Of a DNA stretch of 64,000 bases, positions 1 through 19,400 are shown piece after piece. Each line of letters starts with the position of its first letter. Positions within the stretch are counted from its first letter, which is position 1. The translations under genes were made by a program, and so were the position numbers. Source of the DNA: Eledone cirrhosa (taxonomy: Eukaryota); contig OZ024743.1 in assembly GCA_964016885.1 (NCBI GenBank), forward strand, positions 50,344,001 to 50,408,000, given 5' to 3'. The notes beneath the pieces were generated by a model. The model ran no database searches. It saw only the letters and a list, made by a program, of their open reading frames with translations, and was not told where the DNA came from.

Positions 1-3000
1 TTGTAGCAACATTATATATATTGTAGCAATATTATATATATTGTAGCAATATTATATATATTCTAGCAATATTATATATATTGTAGCAACATTATATATA
101 TTGTAGCAATATTATATATATTGTAACAATATTATATATATTGTAGCAATATTATATATATTGTAGCAACATTATATATATTGTAGCAATATTATATATA
201 TTGTAGCAACATTATATATATTGTAGCAATATTATATATATTGTAGCAACATTATATATATTGTAGCAATATTATATATATTGTAGCAATATTATATATA
301 TTGTAGCAACATTATATATATTGTAGCAACATTATATATATTGTAGCAACATTATATATATTCTAGCAATATTATATATATTGTAGCAATATTATATTGT
401 AACAATATTATATATATTGTAGCAATATTATATATATTGTAACAATATTATATATATTCTAGCAACATTATATATATTGTAGCAACATTATATATATTGT
501 AGCAATATTATATATATTGTAACAATATTATATATTGTAGCAATATTATATATATTGTAACAATATTATATATATTGTAACAATATTATATATATTGTAG
601 CAATATTATATATATTGTGGCAATATTATATATATATTGTAGCAATATTATATATATTGTAGCAATATTATATATATTGTAGCAATATTATATATATTGT
701 AGCAATATTATATATATTCTAGCAATATTATATATATTGTAGCAATATTATATTGTAGCAATATTATATATATTGTAGCAATATTATATATATTGTAGCA
801 ATATTATATTGTAGCAATATTATATATATTGTAGCAATATTATATATATTGTAGCAATATTATATATATTGTAGCAATATTATATTGTAGCAATATTATA
901 TATATTCTAGCAATATTATATATATTGTAGCAATATTATATTGTAGCAATATTATATATATCGTAGCAATATTATATATATTGTAGCAATATTATATATA
1001 TTGTAGCAACATTATATATATTGTAGCAACATTATATATATTCTAGCAATATTATATATATTGTAGCAATATTATATATATTGTAGCAATATTATATATA
1101 TTCTAGCAATATTATATATATTGTAGCAATATTATATATATTGTAGCAACATTATATATATTGTAGCAATATTATATATATTGTAGCAACATTATATATA
1201 TTGTAGCAATATTATATATATTGTAGCAATATTATATATATTGTAGCAATATATATATTCTAGCAATATTATATATATTGTAGCAATATATATATTCTAG
1301 CAATATTATATATATTGTAGAAACATTATATATATTGTAGCAACATTATATATATTGTAGCAATATTATATATATTGTAGCAATATTATATATATTGTAG
1401 CAATATATATATTCTAGCAATATTATATATATATTGTAGCAATATTATATATATTGTAGCAATATTATATATATTGTAGCAATATTATATATATTGTAGC
1501 AATATTATATATATTGTAGCAATATTATATATATTGTAGCAATATTATATATATTGTAGCAATATTATATATATTGTAGCAACATTATATATATTCTAGC
1601 AATATTATATATATTGTAGCAATATTATATATATTGTAGCAATATTATATATATTGTAGCAATATTATATATATTGTAGCAACATTATATATATTGTAGC
1701 AATATTATATATATTGTAGCAATATTATATATATTCTAGCAATATTATATATATTGTAGCAACATTATATATATTGTAGCAATATTATATATATTGTAAC
1801 AATATTATATATATTGTAGCAATATTATATATATTGTAGCAACATTATATATATTGTAGCAATATTATATATATTGTAGCAACATTATATATATTGTAGC
1901 AATATTATATATATTGTAGCAACATTATATATATTGTAGCAATATTATATATATTGTAGCAATATTATATATATTGTAGCAACATTATATATATTGTAGC
2001 AACATTATATATATTGTAGCAACATTATATATATTCTAGCAATATTATATATATTGTAGCAATATTATATTGTAACAATATTATATATATTGTAGCAATA
2101 TTATATATATTGTAACAATATTATATATATTCTAGCAACATTATATATATTGTAGCAACATTATATATATTGTAGCAATATTATATATATTGTAACAATA
2201 TTATATATTGTAGCAATATTATATATATTGTAGCAATATTATATATATTGTAACAATATTATATATATTGTAGCAATATTATATATATTGTGGCAATATT
2301 ATATATATATTGTAGCAATATTATATATATTGTAGCAATATTATATATATTGTAGCAATATTATATATATTGTAGCAATATTATATATATTCTAGCAATA
2401 TTATATATATTGTAGCAATATTATATTGTAGCAATATTATATATATTGTAGCAATATTATATATATTGTAGCAATATTATATATATTGTAGCAATATTAT
2501 ATATATTGTAGCAATATTATATATATTGTAGCAATATTATATATATTGTAGCAATATTATATTGTAGCAATATTATATATATTGTAGCAATATTATATAT
2601 ATTGTAGCAATATTATATATATTGTAGTAATATTATTTGTAGCAATATTATATATATTCTAGCAATATTATATATATTGTAGCAATATTATATTGTAGCA
2701 ATATTATATATATTGTAGCAATATTATATATATTGTAGCAATATTATATATATTGTAGCAACATTATATATATTGTAGCAACATTATATATATTCTAGCC
2801 TATATTATATATATTGTAGCAATATTATATATATTGTAGCAATATTATATATATTCTAGCAATATTATATATATTGTAGCAATATTATATATATTGTAGC
2901 AACATTATATATATTGTAGCAATATTATATATATTGTAGCAACATTATATATATTGTAGCAATATTATATATATTGTAGCAACATTATATATATTGTAGC

Positions 3001-6000
3001 AACATTATATATATTGTAGCAACATTATATATATTGTAGCAATATTATATATATTGTAGCAACATTATATATATTGTAGCAACATTATATATATTGTAGC
3101 AACATTATATATATTGTAGCAATATTATATATATTGTAGCAATATTATACATATTGTAGCAATATATATATTCTAGCAATATTATATATATTGTAGCAAT
3201 ATATATATTCTAGCAATATTATATATATTGTAGAAACATTATATATATTGTAGCAACATTATATATATTGTAGCAATATTATATATATTGTAGCAATATT
3301 ATATATATTGTAGCAATATATATATTCTAGCAAAATTATATATATTGTAGCAACATTATATATTTTGTAGCAACATTATATATATTGTAGCAATATATAT
3401 ATTCTAGCAATATTATATATATTGTAGCAATATTATATATATTGTAGCAATATTATATATATTGTAGCAATATTATATATATTGTAATAATATTATATAT
3501 ATTGTAGCAATATTATATATATATTGTAGCAATATTATATATATTGTAGCAATATTATATATATTCTAGCAATATTATATATATTTCGGCAATATTATAT
3601 TGTAGCAATATTATATATATTGTAGCAACATTATATATATTCTAGCAATATTATATATATTGTAGCAATATTATATTGTAGCAATATTATATATATTCTA
3701 GCAATATTATATATATTCTAGCAATATTATATATATTGTAACAATATTATATATATTGTAGCAATATTATATATATTGTAGCAATATTATATTGTAGCAA
3801 TATTATATATAATGTAGCAATATTATATATATTGTAGCAATATTATATATATTGTAGCAATATTATATATATTGTAGCAATATTATATATATTGTAGCAA
3901 TATTATATATATTGTAGCAATATTATATATATTGTAGGAATATTATATATATTGTAGCAATATTATATATATTGTAGCAATATTATATATATTGTAGCAA
4001 TATTATTTATATTGTAACAATATTATATATATTGTAGCAATATTATATATATCCTAGCAATATTATATATATTGTAGCAATATTATATTGTAGCAATATT
4101 ATATATATTGTAGCAACATTATATATATTGTAGCAACATTATATATATTGTAGCAATATTATATATATTGTAGCAACATTATATATATTGTAGCAATATT
4201 ATATATATTGTAGCAATATTATATATATTGTAGCAATATATATATTCTAGCAATATTATATATATTGTAGCAATATATATATTCTAGCAATATTATATAT
4301 ATTGTAGAAACATTATATATATTGTAGCAACATTATATATATTGTAGCAATATTATATATATTGTAGCAATATTATATATATTGTAGCAATATATATATT
4401 CTAGCAATATTATATATATATTGTAGCAATATTATATATATTGTAGCAATATTATATATATTGTAGCAATATTATATATATTGTAGCAATATTATATATA
4501 TTGTAGCAATATTATATATATTGTAGCAATATTATATATATTGTAGCAATATTATATATATTGTAGCAACATTATATATATTCTAGCAATATTATATATA
4601 TTGTAGCAATATTATATATATTGTAGCAATATTATATATATTGTAGCAATATTATATATATTGTAGCAATATTATATATATTGTAGCAACATTATATATA
4701 CTGTAGCAATATTATATATATTGTAGCAATATTATATATATTCTAGCAATATTATATATATTGTAGCAACATTATATATATTGTAGCAATATTATATATA
4801 TTGTAACAATATTATATATATTGTAGCAATATTATATATATTGTAGCAACATTATATATATTGTAGCAATATTATATATATTGTAGCAACATTATATATA
4901 TTGTAGCAATATTATATATATTGTAGCAATATTATATATATTGTAGCAATATTATATATATTGTAGCAATATTATATATATTGTAGCAACATTATATATA
5001 TTGTAGCAACATTATATATATTGTAGCAACATTATATATATTCTAGCAATATTATATATATTGTAGCAATATTATATTGTAACAATATTATATATATTGT
5101 AGCAATATTATATATATTGTAACAATATTATATATATTCCAGCAACATTATATATATTGTAGCAACATTATATATATTGTAGCAATATTATATATATTGT
5201 AACAATATTATACATTGTAGCAATATTATATATATTGTAGCAATATTATATATATTGTAACAATATTATATATATTGTAGCAATATTATATATATTGTGG
5301 CAATATTATATATATATTGTAGCAATATTATATATATTGTAGCAATATTATATATATTGTAGCAATATATATATTCTAGCAATATTATATATATTGTAGA
5401 AACATTATATATATTGTAGCAACATTATATATATTGTAGCAATATTATATATATTGTAGCAATATTATATATATTGTAGCAATATATATATTCTAGCAAA
5501 ATTATATATATTGTAGCAACATTATATATTTTGTAGCAACATTATATATATTGTAGCAATATATATATTCTAGCAATATTATATATATTGTAGCAATATT
5601 ATATATATTGTAGCAATATTATATATATTGTAGCAATATTATATATATTGTAATAATATTATATATATTGTAGCAATATTATATATATATTGTAGCAATA
5701 TTATATATATTGTAGCAATATTATATATATTCTAGCAATATTATATATATTTCGGCAATATTATATTGTAGCAATATTATATATATTGTAGCAACATTAT
5801 ATATATTCTAGCAATATTATATATATTGTAGCAATATTATATTGTAGCAATATTATATATATTCTAGCAATATTATATATATTCTAGCAATATTATATAT
5901 ATTGTAACAATATTATATATATTGTAGCAATATTATATATATTGTAGCAATATTATATTGTAGCAATATTATATATAATGTAGCAATATTATATATATTG

Positions 6001-9000
6001 TAGCAATATTATATATATTGTAGCAATATTATATATATTGTAGCAATATTATATATATTGTAGCAATATTATATATATTGTAGCAATATTATATATATTG
6101 TAGGAATATTATATATATTGTAGCAATATTATATATATTGTAGCAATATTATATATATTGTAGCAATATTATTTATATTGTAACAATATTATATATATTG
6201 TAGCAATATTATATATATCCTAGCAATATTATATATATTGTAGCAATATTATATTGTAGCAATATTATATATATTGTAGCAACATTATATATATTGTAGC
6301 AACATTATATATATTGTAGCAATATTATATATATTGTAGCAACATTATATATATTGTAGCAATATTATATATATTGTAGCAATATTATATATATTGTAGC
6401 AATATATATATTCTAGCAATATTATATATATTGTAGCAATATATATATTCTAGCAATATTATATATATTGTAGAAACATTATATATATTGTAGCAACATT
6501 ATATATATTGTAGCAATATTATATATATTGTAGCAATATTATATATATTGTAGCAATATATATATTCTAGCAATATTATATATATATTGTAGCAATATTA
6601 TATATATTGTAGCAATATTATATATATTGTAGCAATATTATATATATTGTAGCAATATTATATATATTGTAGCAATATTATATATATTGTAGCAATATTA
6701 TATATATTGTAGCAATATTATATATATTGTAGCAACATTATATATATTCTAGCAATATTATATATATTGTAGCAATATTATATATATTGTAGCAATATTA
6801 TATATATTGTAGCAATATTATATATATTGTAGCAACATTATATATACTGTAGCAATATTATATATATTGTAGCAATATTATATATATTCTAGCAATATTA
6901 TATATATTGTAGCAACATTATATATATTGTAGCAATATTATATATATTGTAACAATATTATATATATTGTAGCAATATTATATATATTGTAGCAACATTA
7001 TATATATTGTAGCAATATTATATATATTGTAGCAACATTATATATATTGTAGCAATATTATATATATTGTAGCAATATTATATATATTGTAGCAATATTA
7101 TATATATTGTAGCAATATTATATATATTGTAGCAACATTATATATATTGTAGCAACATTATATATATTGTAGCAACATTATATATATTCTAGCAATATTA
7201 TATATATTGTAGCAATATTATATTGTAACAATATTATATATATTGTAGCAATATTATATATATTGTAACAATATTATATATATTCCAGCAACATTATATA
7301 TATTGTAGCAACATTATATATATTGTAGCAATATTATATATATTGTAACAATATTATACATTGTAGCAATATTATATATATTGTAGCAATATTATATATA
7401 TTGTAACAATATTATATATATTGTAGCAATATTATATATATTGTGGCAATATTATATATATATTGTAGCAATATTATATATATTGTAGCAATATTATATA
7501 TATTGTAGCAATATTATATATATTGTAGCAATATTATATATATTCTAGCAATATTATATATATTGTAGCAATATTATATTGTAGCAATATTATATATATT
7601 GTAGCAATATTATATATATTGTAGCAATATTATATATATTGTAGCAATATTATATATATTGTAGCAATATTATATATATTGTAGCAATATTATATATGTT
7701 CTAGCAATATTATATATATTGTAGCAATATTATATTGTAGCAATATTATATATATTGTAGCAATATTATATATATTGTAGCAATATTATATATATTGTAG
7801 CAATATTATTTGTAGCAATATTATATATATTCTAGCAATATTATATATATTGTAGCAATAATATATTGTAGCAATATTATATATATTGTAGCAATATTAT
7901 ATATATTGTAGCAATATTATATATATCGTAGCAACATTATATATATTGTAGCAACATTATATATATTCTAGCCTATATTATATATATTGTAGCAATATTA
8001 AATATATTGTAGCAATATTATATATATTCTAGCAATATTATATATATTGTAGCAATATTATATATATTGTAGCAACATTATATATATTGTAGCAATATTA
8101 TATATATTGTAGCAACATTATATATATTGTAGCAATATTATATATATTGTAGCAACATTATATATATTGTAGCAACATTATATATATTGTAGCAACATTA
8201 TATATATTGTAGCAATATTATATATATTGTAGCAACATTATATATATTGTAGCAACATTATATATATTGTAGCAACATTATATATATTGTAGCAATATTA
8301 TATATATTGTAGCAATATTATACATATTGTAGCAATATATATATTCTAGCAATATTATATATATTGTAGCAATATATATATTCTAGCAATATTATATATA
8401 TTGTAGAAACATTATATATATTGTAGCAACATTATATATATTGTAGCAATATTATATATATTGTAGCAATATTATATATATTGTAGCAATATTATATATA
8501 TTGTAGCAATATATATATTCTAGCAATATTATATATATTGTAGCAACATTATATATTTTGTATCAACATTATATATATTGTAGCAATATATATATTCTAG
8601 CAATATTATATATATTGTAGCAATATTATATATATTGTAGCAATATTATATATATTGTAGCAATATTATATATATTGTAACAATATTATATATATTGTAG
8701 CAATATTATATATATATTGTAGCAATATTATATATATTGTAGCAATATTATATATATTCTAGCAATATTATATATATTTCGGCAATATTATATTGTAGCA
8801 ATATTATATATATTGTAGCAACATTATATATATTCTAGCAATATTATATATATTGTAGCAATATTATATTGTAGCAATATTATATATATTCTAGCAATAT
8901 TATATATATTGTAGCAATATTATATATAATGTAGCAATATTATATATATTGTAGCAATATTATATATATTGTAGCAATATTATATATATTGTAGCAATAT

Positions 9001-12000
9001 TATATATATTGTAGCAATATATATATTCTAGCAATATTATATATATTGTAGCAATATATATATTCTAGCAATATTATATATATTGTAGAAACATTATATA
9101 TATTGTAGCAACATTATATATATTGTAGCAATATTATATATATTGTAGCAATATTATATATATTGTAGCAATATATATATTCTAGCAATATTATATATAT
9201 ATTGTAGCAATATTATATATATTGTAGCAACATTATATATATTGTAGCAATATTATATATATTGTAGCAATATTATATATATTCTAGCAATATTATATAT
9301 ATTGTAGCAACATTATATATATTGTAGCAATATTATATATATTGTAACAATATTATATATATTGTAGCAATATTATATATATTGTAGCAACATTATATAT
9401 ATTGTAGCAATATTATATATATTGTAGCAACATTATATATATTGTAGCAATATTATATATATTGTAGCAACATTATATATATTGTAGCAATATTATATAT
9501 ATTGTAGCAATATTATATATATTGTAGCAACATTATATATATTGTAGCAACATTATATATATTGTAGCAACATTATATATATTCTAGCAATATTATATAT
9601 ATTGTAGCAATATTATATTGTAACAATATTATATATATTGTAGCAATATTATATATATTGTAACAATATTATATATATTCCAGCAACATTATATATATTG
9701 TAGCAACATTATATATATTGTAGCAATATTATATATATTGTAACAATATTATATATTGTAGCAATATTATATATATTGTAGCAATATTATATATATTGTA
9801 ACAATATTATATATATTGTAGCAATATTATATATATTGTGGCAATATTATATATATATTGTAGCAATATTATATTGTAGCAATATTATATATATTGTAGC
9901 AATATTATATATATTCTAGCAATATTATATATATTGTAGCAATATTATATTGTAGCAATATTATATATATTGTAGCAATATTATATATATTGTAGCAATA
10001 TTATATATATTGTAGCAATATTATATATATTGTAGCAATATTATATATATCGTAGCAATATTATATATGTTCTAGCAATATTATATATATTGTAGCAATA
10101 TTATATTGTAGCAATATTATATATATTGTAGCAATATTATATATATTGTAGCAATATTACATATATTGTAGCAATATTATTTGTAGCAATATTATATATA
10201 TTCTAGCAATATTATATATATTGTAGCAATAATATATTGTAGCAATATTATATATATTGTAGCAATATTATATATATTGTAGCAATATTATATATATCGT
10301 AGCAACATTATATATATTGTAGCAACATTATATATATTCTAGCCTATATTATATATATTGTAGCAATATTAAATATATTGTAGCAATATTATATATATAT
10401 ATTGTAGCAATATTATATATATTGTAGCAATATTATATATATTGTAGCAATATTATATATATTGTAGCAACATTATATATATTGTAGCAATATTATATAT
10501 ATTGTAGCAACATTATATATATTGTAGCAATATTATATATATTGTAGCAACATTATATATATTGTAGCAACATTATATATATTGTAGCAACATTATATAT
10601 ATTGTAGCAATATTATATATATTGTAGCAACATTATATATATTGTAGCAACATTATATATATTGTAGCAACATTATATATATTGTAGCAATATTATATAT
10701 ATTGTAGCAATATTATACATATTGTAGCAATATATATATTCTAGCAATATTATATATATTGTAGCAATATATATATTCTAGCAATATTATATATATTGTA
10801 GAAACATTATATATATTGTAGCAACATTATATATATTGTAGCAATATTATATATATTGTAGCAATATTATATATATTGTAGCAATATTATATATATTGTA
10901 GCAATATATATATTCTAGCAATATTATATATATTGTAGCAACATTATATATTTTGTAGCAAGATTATATATATTGTAGCAATATATATATTCTAGCAATA
11001 TTATATATATTGTAGCAATATTATATATATTGTAGCAATATTATATATATTGTAGCAATATTATATATATTGTAACAATATTATATATATTGTAGCAATA
11101 TTATATATATATTGTAGCAATATTATATATATTGTAGCAATATTATATATATTCTAGCAATATTATATATATTTCGGCAATATTATATTGTAGCAATATT
11201 ATATATATTGTAGCAACATTATATATATTCTAGCAATATTATATATATTGTAGCAATATTATATTGTAGCAATATTATATATATTCTAGCAATATTATAT
11301 ATATTCTAGCAATATTATATATATTGTAACAATATTATATATATTGTAGCAATATTATATATATTGTAGCAATATTATATTGTAGCAATATTATATATAA
11401 TGTAGCAATATTATATATATTGTAGCAATATTATATATATTGTAGCAATATTATATATATTGTAGCAATATTATATATATTGTAGCGATATATATATTCT
11501 AGCAATATTATATATATTGTAGCAATATATATATTCTAGCAATATTATATATATTGTAGAAACATTATATATATTGTAGCAACATTATATATATTGTAGC
11601 AATATTATATATATTGTAGCAATATTATATATATTGTAGCAATATATATATTCTAGCAATATTATATATATATTGTAGCAATATTATATATATTGTAGCA
11701 ATATTATATATATTGTAGCAATATTATATATATTGTAGCAATATTATATATATTGTAGCAATATTATATATATTGTAGTAATATTATATATATTGTAGCA
11801 ATATTATATATATTGTAGCAACATTATATATATTCTAGCAATATTATATATATTGTAGCAATATTATATATATTGTAGCAATATTATATATATTGTAGCA
11901 ATATTATATATATTGTAGCAACTTTATATATATTGTAGCAATATTATATATATTGTAGCAATATTATATATATTCTAGCAATATTATATATATTGTAGCA

Positions 12001-13297
12001 ACATTATATATATTGTAGCAATATTATATATATTGTAACAATATTATATATATTGTAGCAATATTATATATATTGTAGCAACATTATATATATTGTAGCA
12101 ATATTATATATATTGTAGCAACATTATATATATTGTAGCAATATTATATATATTGTAGCAACATTATATATATTGTAGCAATATTATATATATTGTAGCA
12201 ATATTATATATATTGTAGCAACATTATATATATTGTAGCAACATTATATATATTGTAGCAACATTATATATATTCTAGCAATATTATATATATTGTAGCA
12301 ATATTATATTGTAACAATATTATATATATTGTAGCAATATTATATATATTGTAACAATATTATATATATTCTAGCAACATTATATATATTGTAGCAACAT
12401 TATATATATTGTAGCAATATTATATATATTGTAACAATATTATATATTGTAGCAATATTATATATATTGTAGCAATATTATATATATTGTAACAATATTA
12501 TATATATTGTAGCAATATTATATATATTGTGGCAATATTATATATATATTGTAGCAATATTATATATATTGTAGCAATATTATATATATTGTAGCAATAT
12601 TATATATATTGTAGCGATATTATATATATTCTAGCAATATTATATATATTGTAGCAATATTATATTGTAGCAATATTATATATATTGTAGCAATATTATA
12701 TATATTGTAGCAATATTATATATATTGTAGCAATATTATATATATTGTAGCAATATTATATATATTGTAGCAATATTATATATATTCTAGCAATATTATA
12801 TATATTGTAGCAATATTATATTGTAGCAATATTATATATATTGTAGCAATATTATATATATTGTAGCAATATTATATATATTGTAGCAATATTATTTGTA
12901 GCAATATTATATATATTCTAGCAATATTATATATATTGTAGCAATATTATATTGTAGCAATATTATATATATTGTAGCAATATTATATATATTGTAGCAA
13001 TATTATATATATTGTAGCAACATTATATATATTGTAGCAACATTATATATATTCTAGCCTATATTATATATATTGTAGCAATATTATATATATTGTAGCA
13101 ATATTATATATATTCTAGCAATATTATATATATTGTAGCAATATTATATATATTGTAGCAACATTATATATATTGTAGCAATATTATATATATTGTAGCA
13201 ACATTATATATATTGTAGCAATATTATATATATTGTAGCAACATTATATATATTGTAGCAACATTATATATATTGTAGCAACATTATATATATTGTA

Positions 13298-13487
13298 TCG
13301 GTGAATTGGCAGTATCGGTAGAGGGTCGGACGCCATGCTTTGACGCATAGAGTTACGGCCCTTGCCATTCTGAGTTCAAATCCCGCCGAGGTTAACTTTG
13401 CCTTTCATCCTTACGGGGTCGATAAAATAAAGTACCAGTAATACACTGGGAAATTGCTGGCCTTGTGCCAAAAGTAAAAACAATTAT
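13298..13487 (+). mobile_element. tRNA-derived SINE inserted in the satellite
   Basis: A-box-like TGGCAGTATCGG, B-box GAGTTCAAATCC, body GCCTTTCATCCTTACGGGGTCGATAAAATAAAGTACCAG. TSD ATTATATATATTGTA at 13283-13297 and 13483-13497. Confidence 0.93.
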
Positions 13488-16400
13488 ATATATTGTAGCA
13501 ATATTATATATATTTTAGCAACATTATATATATTGTAGCAACATTATATATATTGTAGCAACATTATATATATTGTAGCAATATTATATATATTGTAGCA
13601 ATATTATACATATTGTAGCAATATATATATTCTAGCAATATTATATATATTGTAGCAATATATATATTCTAGCAATATTATATATATTGTAGAAACATTA
13701 TATATATTGTAGCAACATTATATATATTGTAGCAATATTATATATATTGTAGCAATATTATATATATTGTAGCAATATATATATTCTAGCAATATTATAT
13801 ATATTGTAGCAACATTATATATTTTGTAGCAACATTATATATATTGTAGCAATATATATATTCTAGCAATATTATATATATAGTAGCAATATTATATATA
13901 TTGTAGCAATATTATATATATTGTAGCAATATTATATATATTGTAACAATATTATATATATTGTAGCAACATTATATATATTCTAGCACTATTATATATA
14001 TTGTAGCAATATTATATTGTAGCAATATTATATATATTCTAGCAATATTATATATATTCTTGCAATATTATATATATTGTAGAAACATTATATATATTGT
14101 AGCAACATTATATATATTGTAGCAATATTATATATATTGTAGCAATATTATATATATTGTAGCAATATATATATTCTAGCAATATTATATATATATTGTA
14201 GCAATATTATATATATTGTAGCAATATTATATATATTGTAGCAATATATATATTCTAGCAATATTATATATATTGTAGAAACATTATATATATTGTAGCA
14301 ACATTATATATATTGTAGCAATATTATATATATTGTAGCAATATTATATATATTGTAGCAATATATATATTCTAGCAATATTATATATATATTGTAGCAA
14401 TATTATATATATTGTAGCAATATTATATATATTGTAGCAATATTATATATATTGTAGCAATATTATATATATTGTAGCAATATTATATATATTGTAGCAA
14501 TATTATATATATTGTAGCAATATTATATATATTGTAGCAACATTATATATATTCTAGCAATATTATATATATTGTAGCAATATTATATATATTGTAGCAA
14601 TATTATATATATTGTAGCAATATTATATATATTGTAGCAACATTATATATACTGTAGCAATATTATATATATTGTAGCAATATTATATATATTCTAGCAA
14701 TATTATATATATTGTAGCAACATTATATATATTGTAGCAATATTATATATATTGTAACAATATTATATATATTGTAGCAATATTATATATATTGTAGCAA
14801 CATTATATATATTGTAGCAATATTATATATATTGTAGCAACATTATATATATTGTAGCAATATTATATATATTGTAGCAACATTATATATATTGTAGCAA
14901 TATTATATATATTGTAGCAATATTATATATATTGTAGCAACATTATATATATTGTAGCAACATTATATATATTGTAGCAACATTATATATATTCTAGCAA
15001 TATTATATATATTGTAGCAATATTATATTGTAACAATATTATATATATTGTAGCAATATTATATATATTGTAACAATATTATATATATTCCAGCAACATT
15101 ATATATATTGTAGCAACATTATATATATTGTAGCAATATTATATATATTGTAACAATATTATATATTGTAGCAATATTATATATATTGTAGCAATATTAT
15201 ATATATTGTAACAATATTATATATATTGTAGCAATATTATATATATTGTGGCAATATTATATATATATTGTAGCAATATTATATATATTGTAGCAATATT
15301 ATATATATTGTAGCAATATTATATATATTGTAGCAATATTATATATATTCTAGCAATATTATATATATTGTAGCAATATTATATTGTAGCAATATTATAT
15401 ATATTGTAGCAATATTATATATATTGTAGCAATATAATATATATTGTAGCAATATTATATATATTGTAGCAATATTATATATATTGTAGCAATATTATAT
15501 ATGTTCTAGCAATATTATATATATTGTAGCAATATTATATTGTAGCAATATTATATATATTGTAGCAATATTATATATATTGTAGCAATATTATATATAT
15601 TGTAGCAATATTATTTGTAGCAATATTATATATATTCTAGCAATATTATATATATTGTAGCAATAATATATTGTAGCAATATTATATATATTGTAGCAAT
15701 ATTATATATATTGTAGCAATATTATATATATCGTAGCAACATTATATATATTGTAGCAACATTATATATATTCTAGCCTATATTATATATATTGTAGCAA
15801 TATTAAATATATTGTAGCAATATTATATATATTCTAGCAATATTATATATATTGTAGCAATATTATATATATTGTAGCAACATTATATATATTGTAGCAA
15901 TATTATATATATTGTAGCAACATTATATATATTGTAGCAATATTATATATATTGTAGCAACATTATATATATTGTAGCAACATTATATATATTGTAGCAA
16001 CATTATATATATTGTAGCAATATTATATATATTGTAGCAACATTATATATATTGTAGCAACATTATATATATTGTAGCAACATTATATATATTGTAGCAA
16101 TATTATATATATTGTAGCAATATTATACATATTGTAGCAATATATATATTCTAGCAATATTATATATATTGTAGCAATATATATATTCTAGCAATATTAT
16201 ATATATTGTAGAAACATTATATATATTGTAGCAACATTATATATATTGTAGCAATATTATATATATTGTAGCAATATTATATATATTGTAGCAATATTAT
16301 ATATATTGTAGCAATATATATATTCTAGCAATATTATATATATTGTAGCAACATTATATATTTTGTAGCAACATTATATATATTGTAGCAATATATATAT

Positions 16401-19400
16401 TCTAGCAATATTATATATATTGTAGCAATATTATATATATTGTAGCAATATTATATATATTGTAGCAATATTATATATATTGTAACAATATTATATATAT
16501 TGTAGCAATATTATATATATATTGTAGCAATATTATATATATTGTAGCAATATTATATATATTCTAGCAATATTATATATATTTCGGCAATATTATATTG
16601 TAGCAATATTATATATATTGTAGCAACATTATATATATTCTAGCAATATTATATATATTGTAGCAATATTATATTGTAGCAATATTATATATATTCTAGC
16701 AATATTATATATATTCTAGCAATATTATATATATTGTAACAATATTATATATATTGTAGCAATATTATATATATTGTAGCAATATTATATTGTAGCAATA
16801 TTATATATAATGTAGCAATATTATATATATTGTAGCAATATTATATATATTGTAGCAATATTATATATATTGTAGCAATATTATATATATTGTAGCAATA
16901 TATATATTCTAGCAATATTATATATATTGTAGCAATATATATATTCTAGCAATATTATATATATTGTAGAAACATTATATATATTGTAGCAACATTATAT
17001 ATATTGTAGCAATATTATATATATTGTAGCAATATTATATATATTGTAGCAATATATATATTCTAGCAATATTATATATATATTGTAGCAATATTATATA
17101 TATTGTAGCAACATTATATATATTGTAGCAATATTATATATATTGTAGCAATATTATATATATTCTAGCAATATTATATATATTGTAGCAACATTATATA
17201 TATTGTAGCAATATTATATATATTGTAACAATATTATATATATTGTAGCAATATTATATATATTGTAGCAACATTATATATATTGTAGCAATATTATATA
17301 TATTGTAGCAACATTATATATATTGTAGCAATATTATATATATTGTAGCAACATTATATATATTGTAGCAATATTATATATATTGTAGCAATATTATATA
17401 TATTGTAGCAACATTATATATATTGTAGCAACATTATATATATTGTAGCAACATTATATATATTCTAGCAATATTATATATATTGTAGCAATATTATATT
17501 GTAACAATATTATATATATTGTAACAATATTATATATATTCCAGCAACATTATATATATTGTAGCAACATTATATATATTGTAGCAATATTATATATATT
17601 GTAACAATATTATATATTGTAGCAATATTATATATATTGTAGCAATATTATATATATTGTAACAATATTATATATATTGTAGCAATATTATATATATTGT
17701 GGCAATATTATATATATATTGTAGCAATATTATATATATTGTAGCAATATTATATATATTGTAGCAATATTATATATATTGTAGCAATATTATATATATT
17801 CTAGCAATATTATATATATTCTAGCAATATTATATTGTAGCAATATTATATATATTGTAGCAATATTATATATATTGTAGCAATATTATATATATTGTAG
17901 CAATATTATATATATTGTAGCAATATTATATATATCGTAGCAATATTATATATGTTCTAGCAATATTATATATATTGTAGCAATATTATATTGTAGCAAT
18001 ATTATATATATTGTAGCAATATTATATATATTGTAGCAATATTACATATATTGTAGCAATATTATTTGTAGCAATATTATATATATTCTAGCAATATTAT
18101 ATATATTGTAGCAATAATATATTGTAGCAATATTATATATATTGTAGCAATATTATATATATTGTAGCAATATTATATATATCGTAGCAACATTATATAT
18201 ATTGTAGCAACATTATATATATTCTAGCCTATATTATATATATTGTAGCAATATTAAATATATTGTAGCAATATTATATATATTCTAGCAATATTATATA
18301 TATTGTAGCAATATTATATATATTGTAGCAACATTATATATATTGTAGCAATATTATATATATTGTAGCAACATTATATATATTGTAGCAATATTATATA
18401 TATTGTAGCAACATTATATATATTGTAGCAACATTATATATATTGTAGCAACATTATATATATTGTAGCAATATTATATATATTGTAGCAACATTATATA
18501 TATTGTAGCAACATTATATATATTGTAGCAACATTATATATATTGTAGCAATATTATATATATTGTAGCAATATTATACATATTGTAGCAATATATATAT
18601 TCTAGCAATATTATATATATTGTAGCAATATATATATTCTAGCAATATTATATATATTGTAGAAACATTATATATATTGTAGCAACATTATATATATTGT
18701 AGCAATATTATATATATTGTAGCAATATTATATATATTGTAGCAATATTATATATATTGTAGCAATATATATATTCTAGCAATATTATATATATTGTAGC
18801 AACATTATATATCTTGTAGCAACATTATATATATTGTAGCAATATATATATTCTAGCAATATTATATATATTGTAGCAATATTATATATATTGTAGCAAT
18901 ATTATATATATTGTAGCAATATTATATATATTGTAACAATATTATATATATTGTAGCAATATTATATATATATTGTAGCAATATTATATATATTGTAGCA
19001 ATATTATATATATTCTAGCAATATTATATATATTTCGGCAATATTATATTGTAGCAATATTATATATATTGTAGCAACATTATATATATTCTAGCAATAT
19101 TATATATATTGTAGCAATATTATATTGTAGCAATATTATATATATTCTAGCAATATTATATATATTCTAGCAATATTATATATATTGTAACAATATTATA
19201 TATATTGTAGCAATATTATATATATTGTAGCAATATTATATTGTAGCAATATTATATATAATGTAGCAATATTATATATATTGTAGCAATATTATATATA
19301 TTGTAGCAATATTATATATATTGTAGCAATATTATATATATTGTAGCAATATATATATTCTAGCAATATTATATATATTGTAGCAATATATATATTCTAG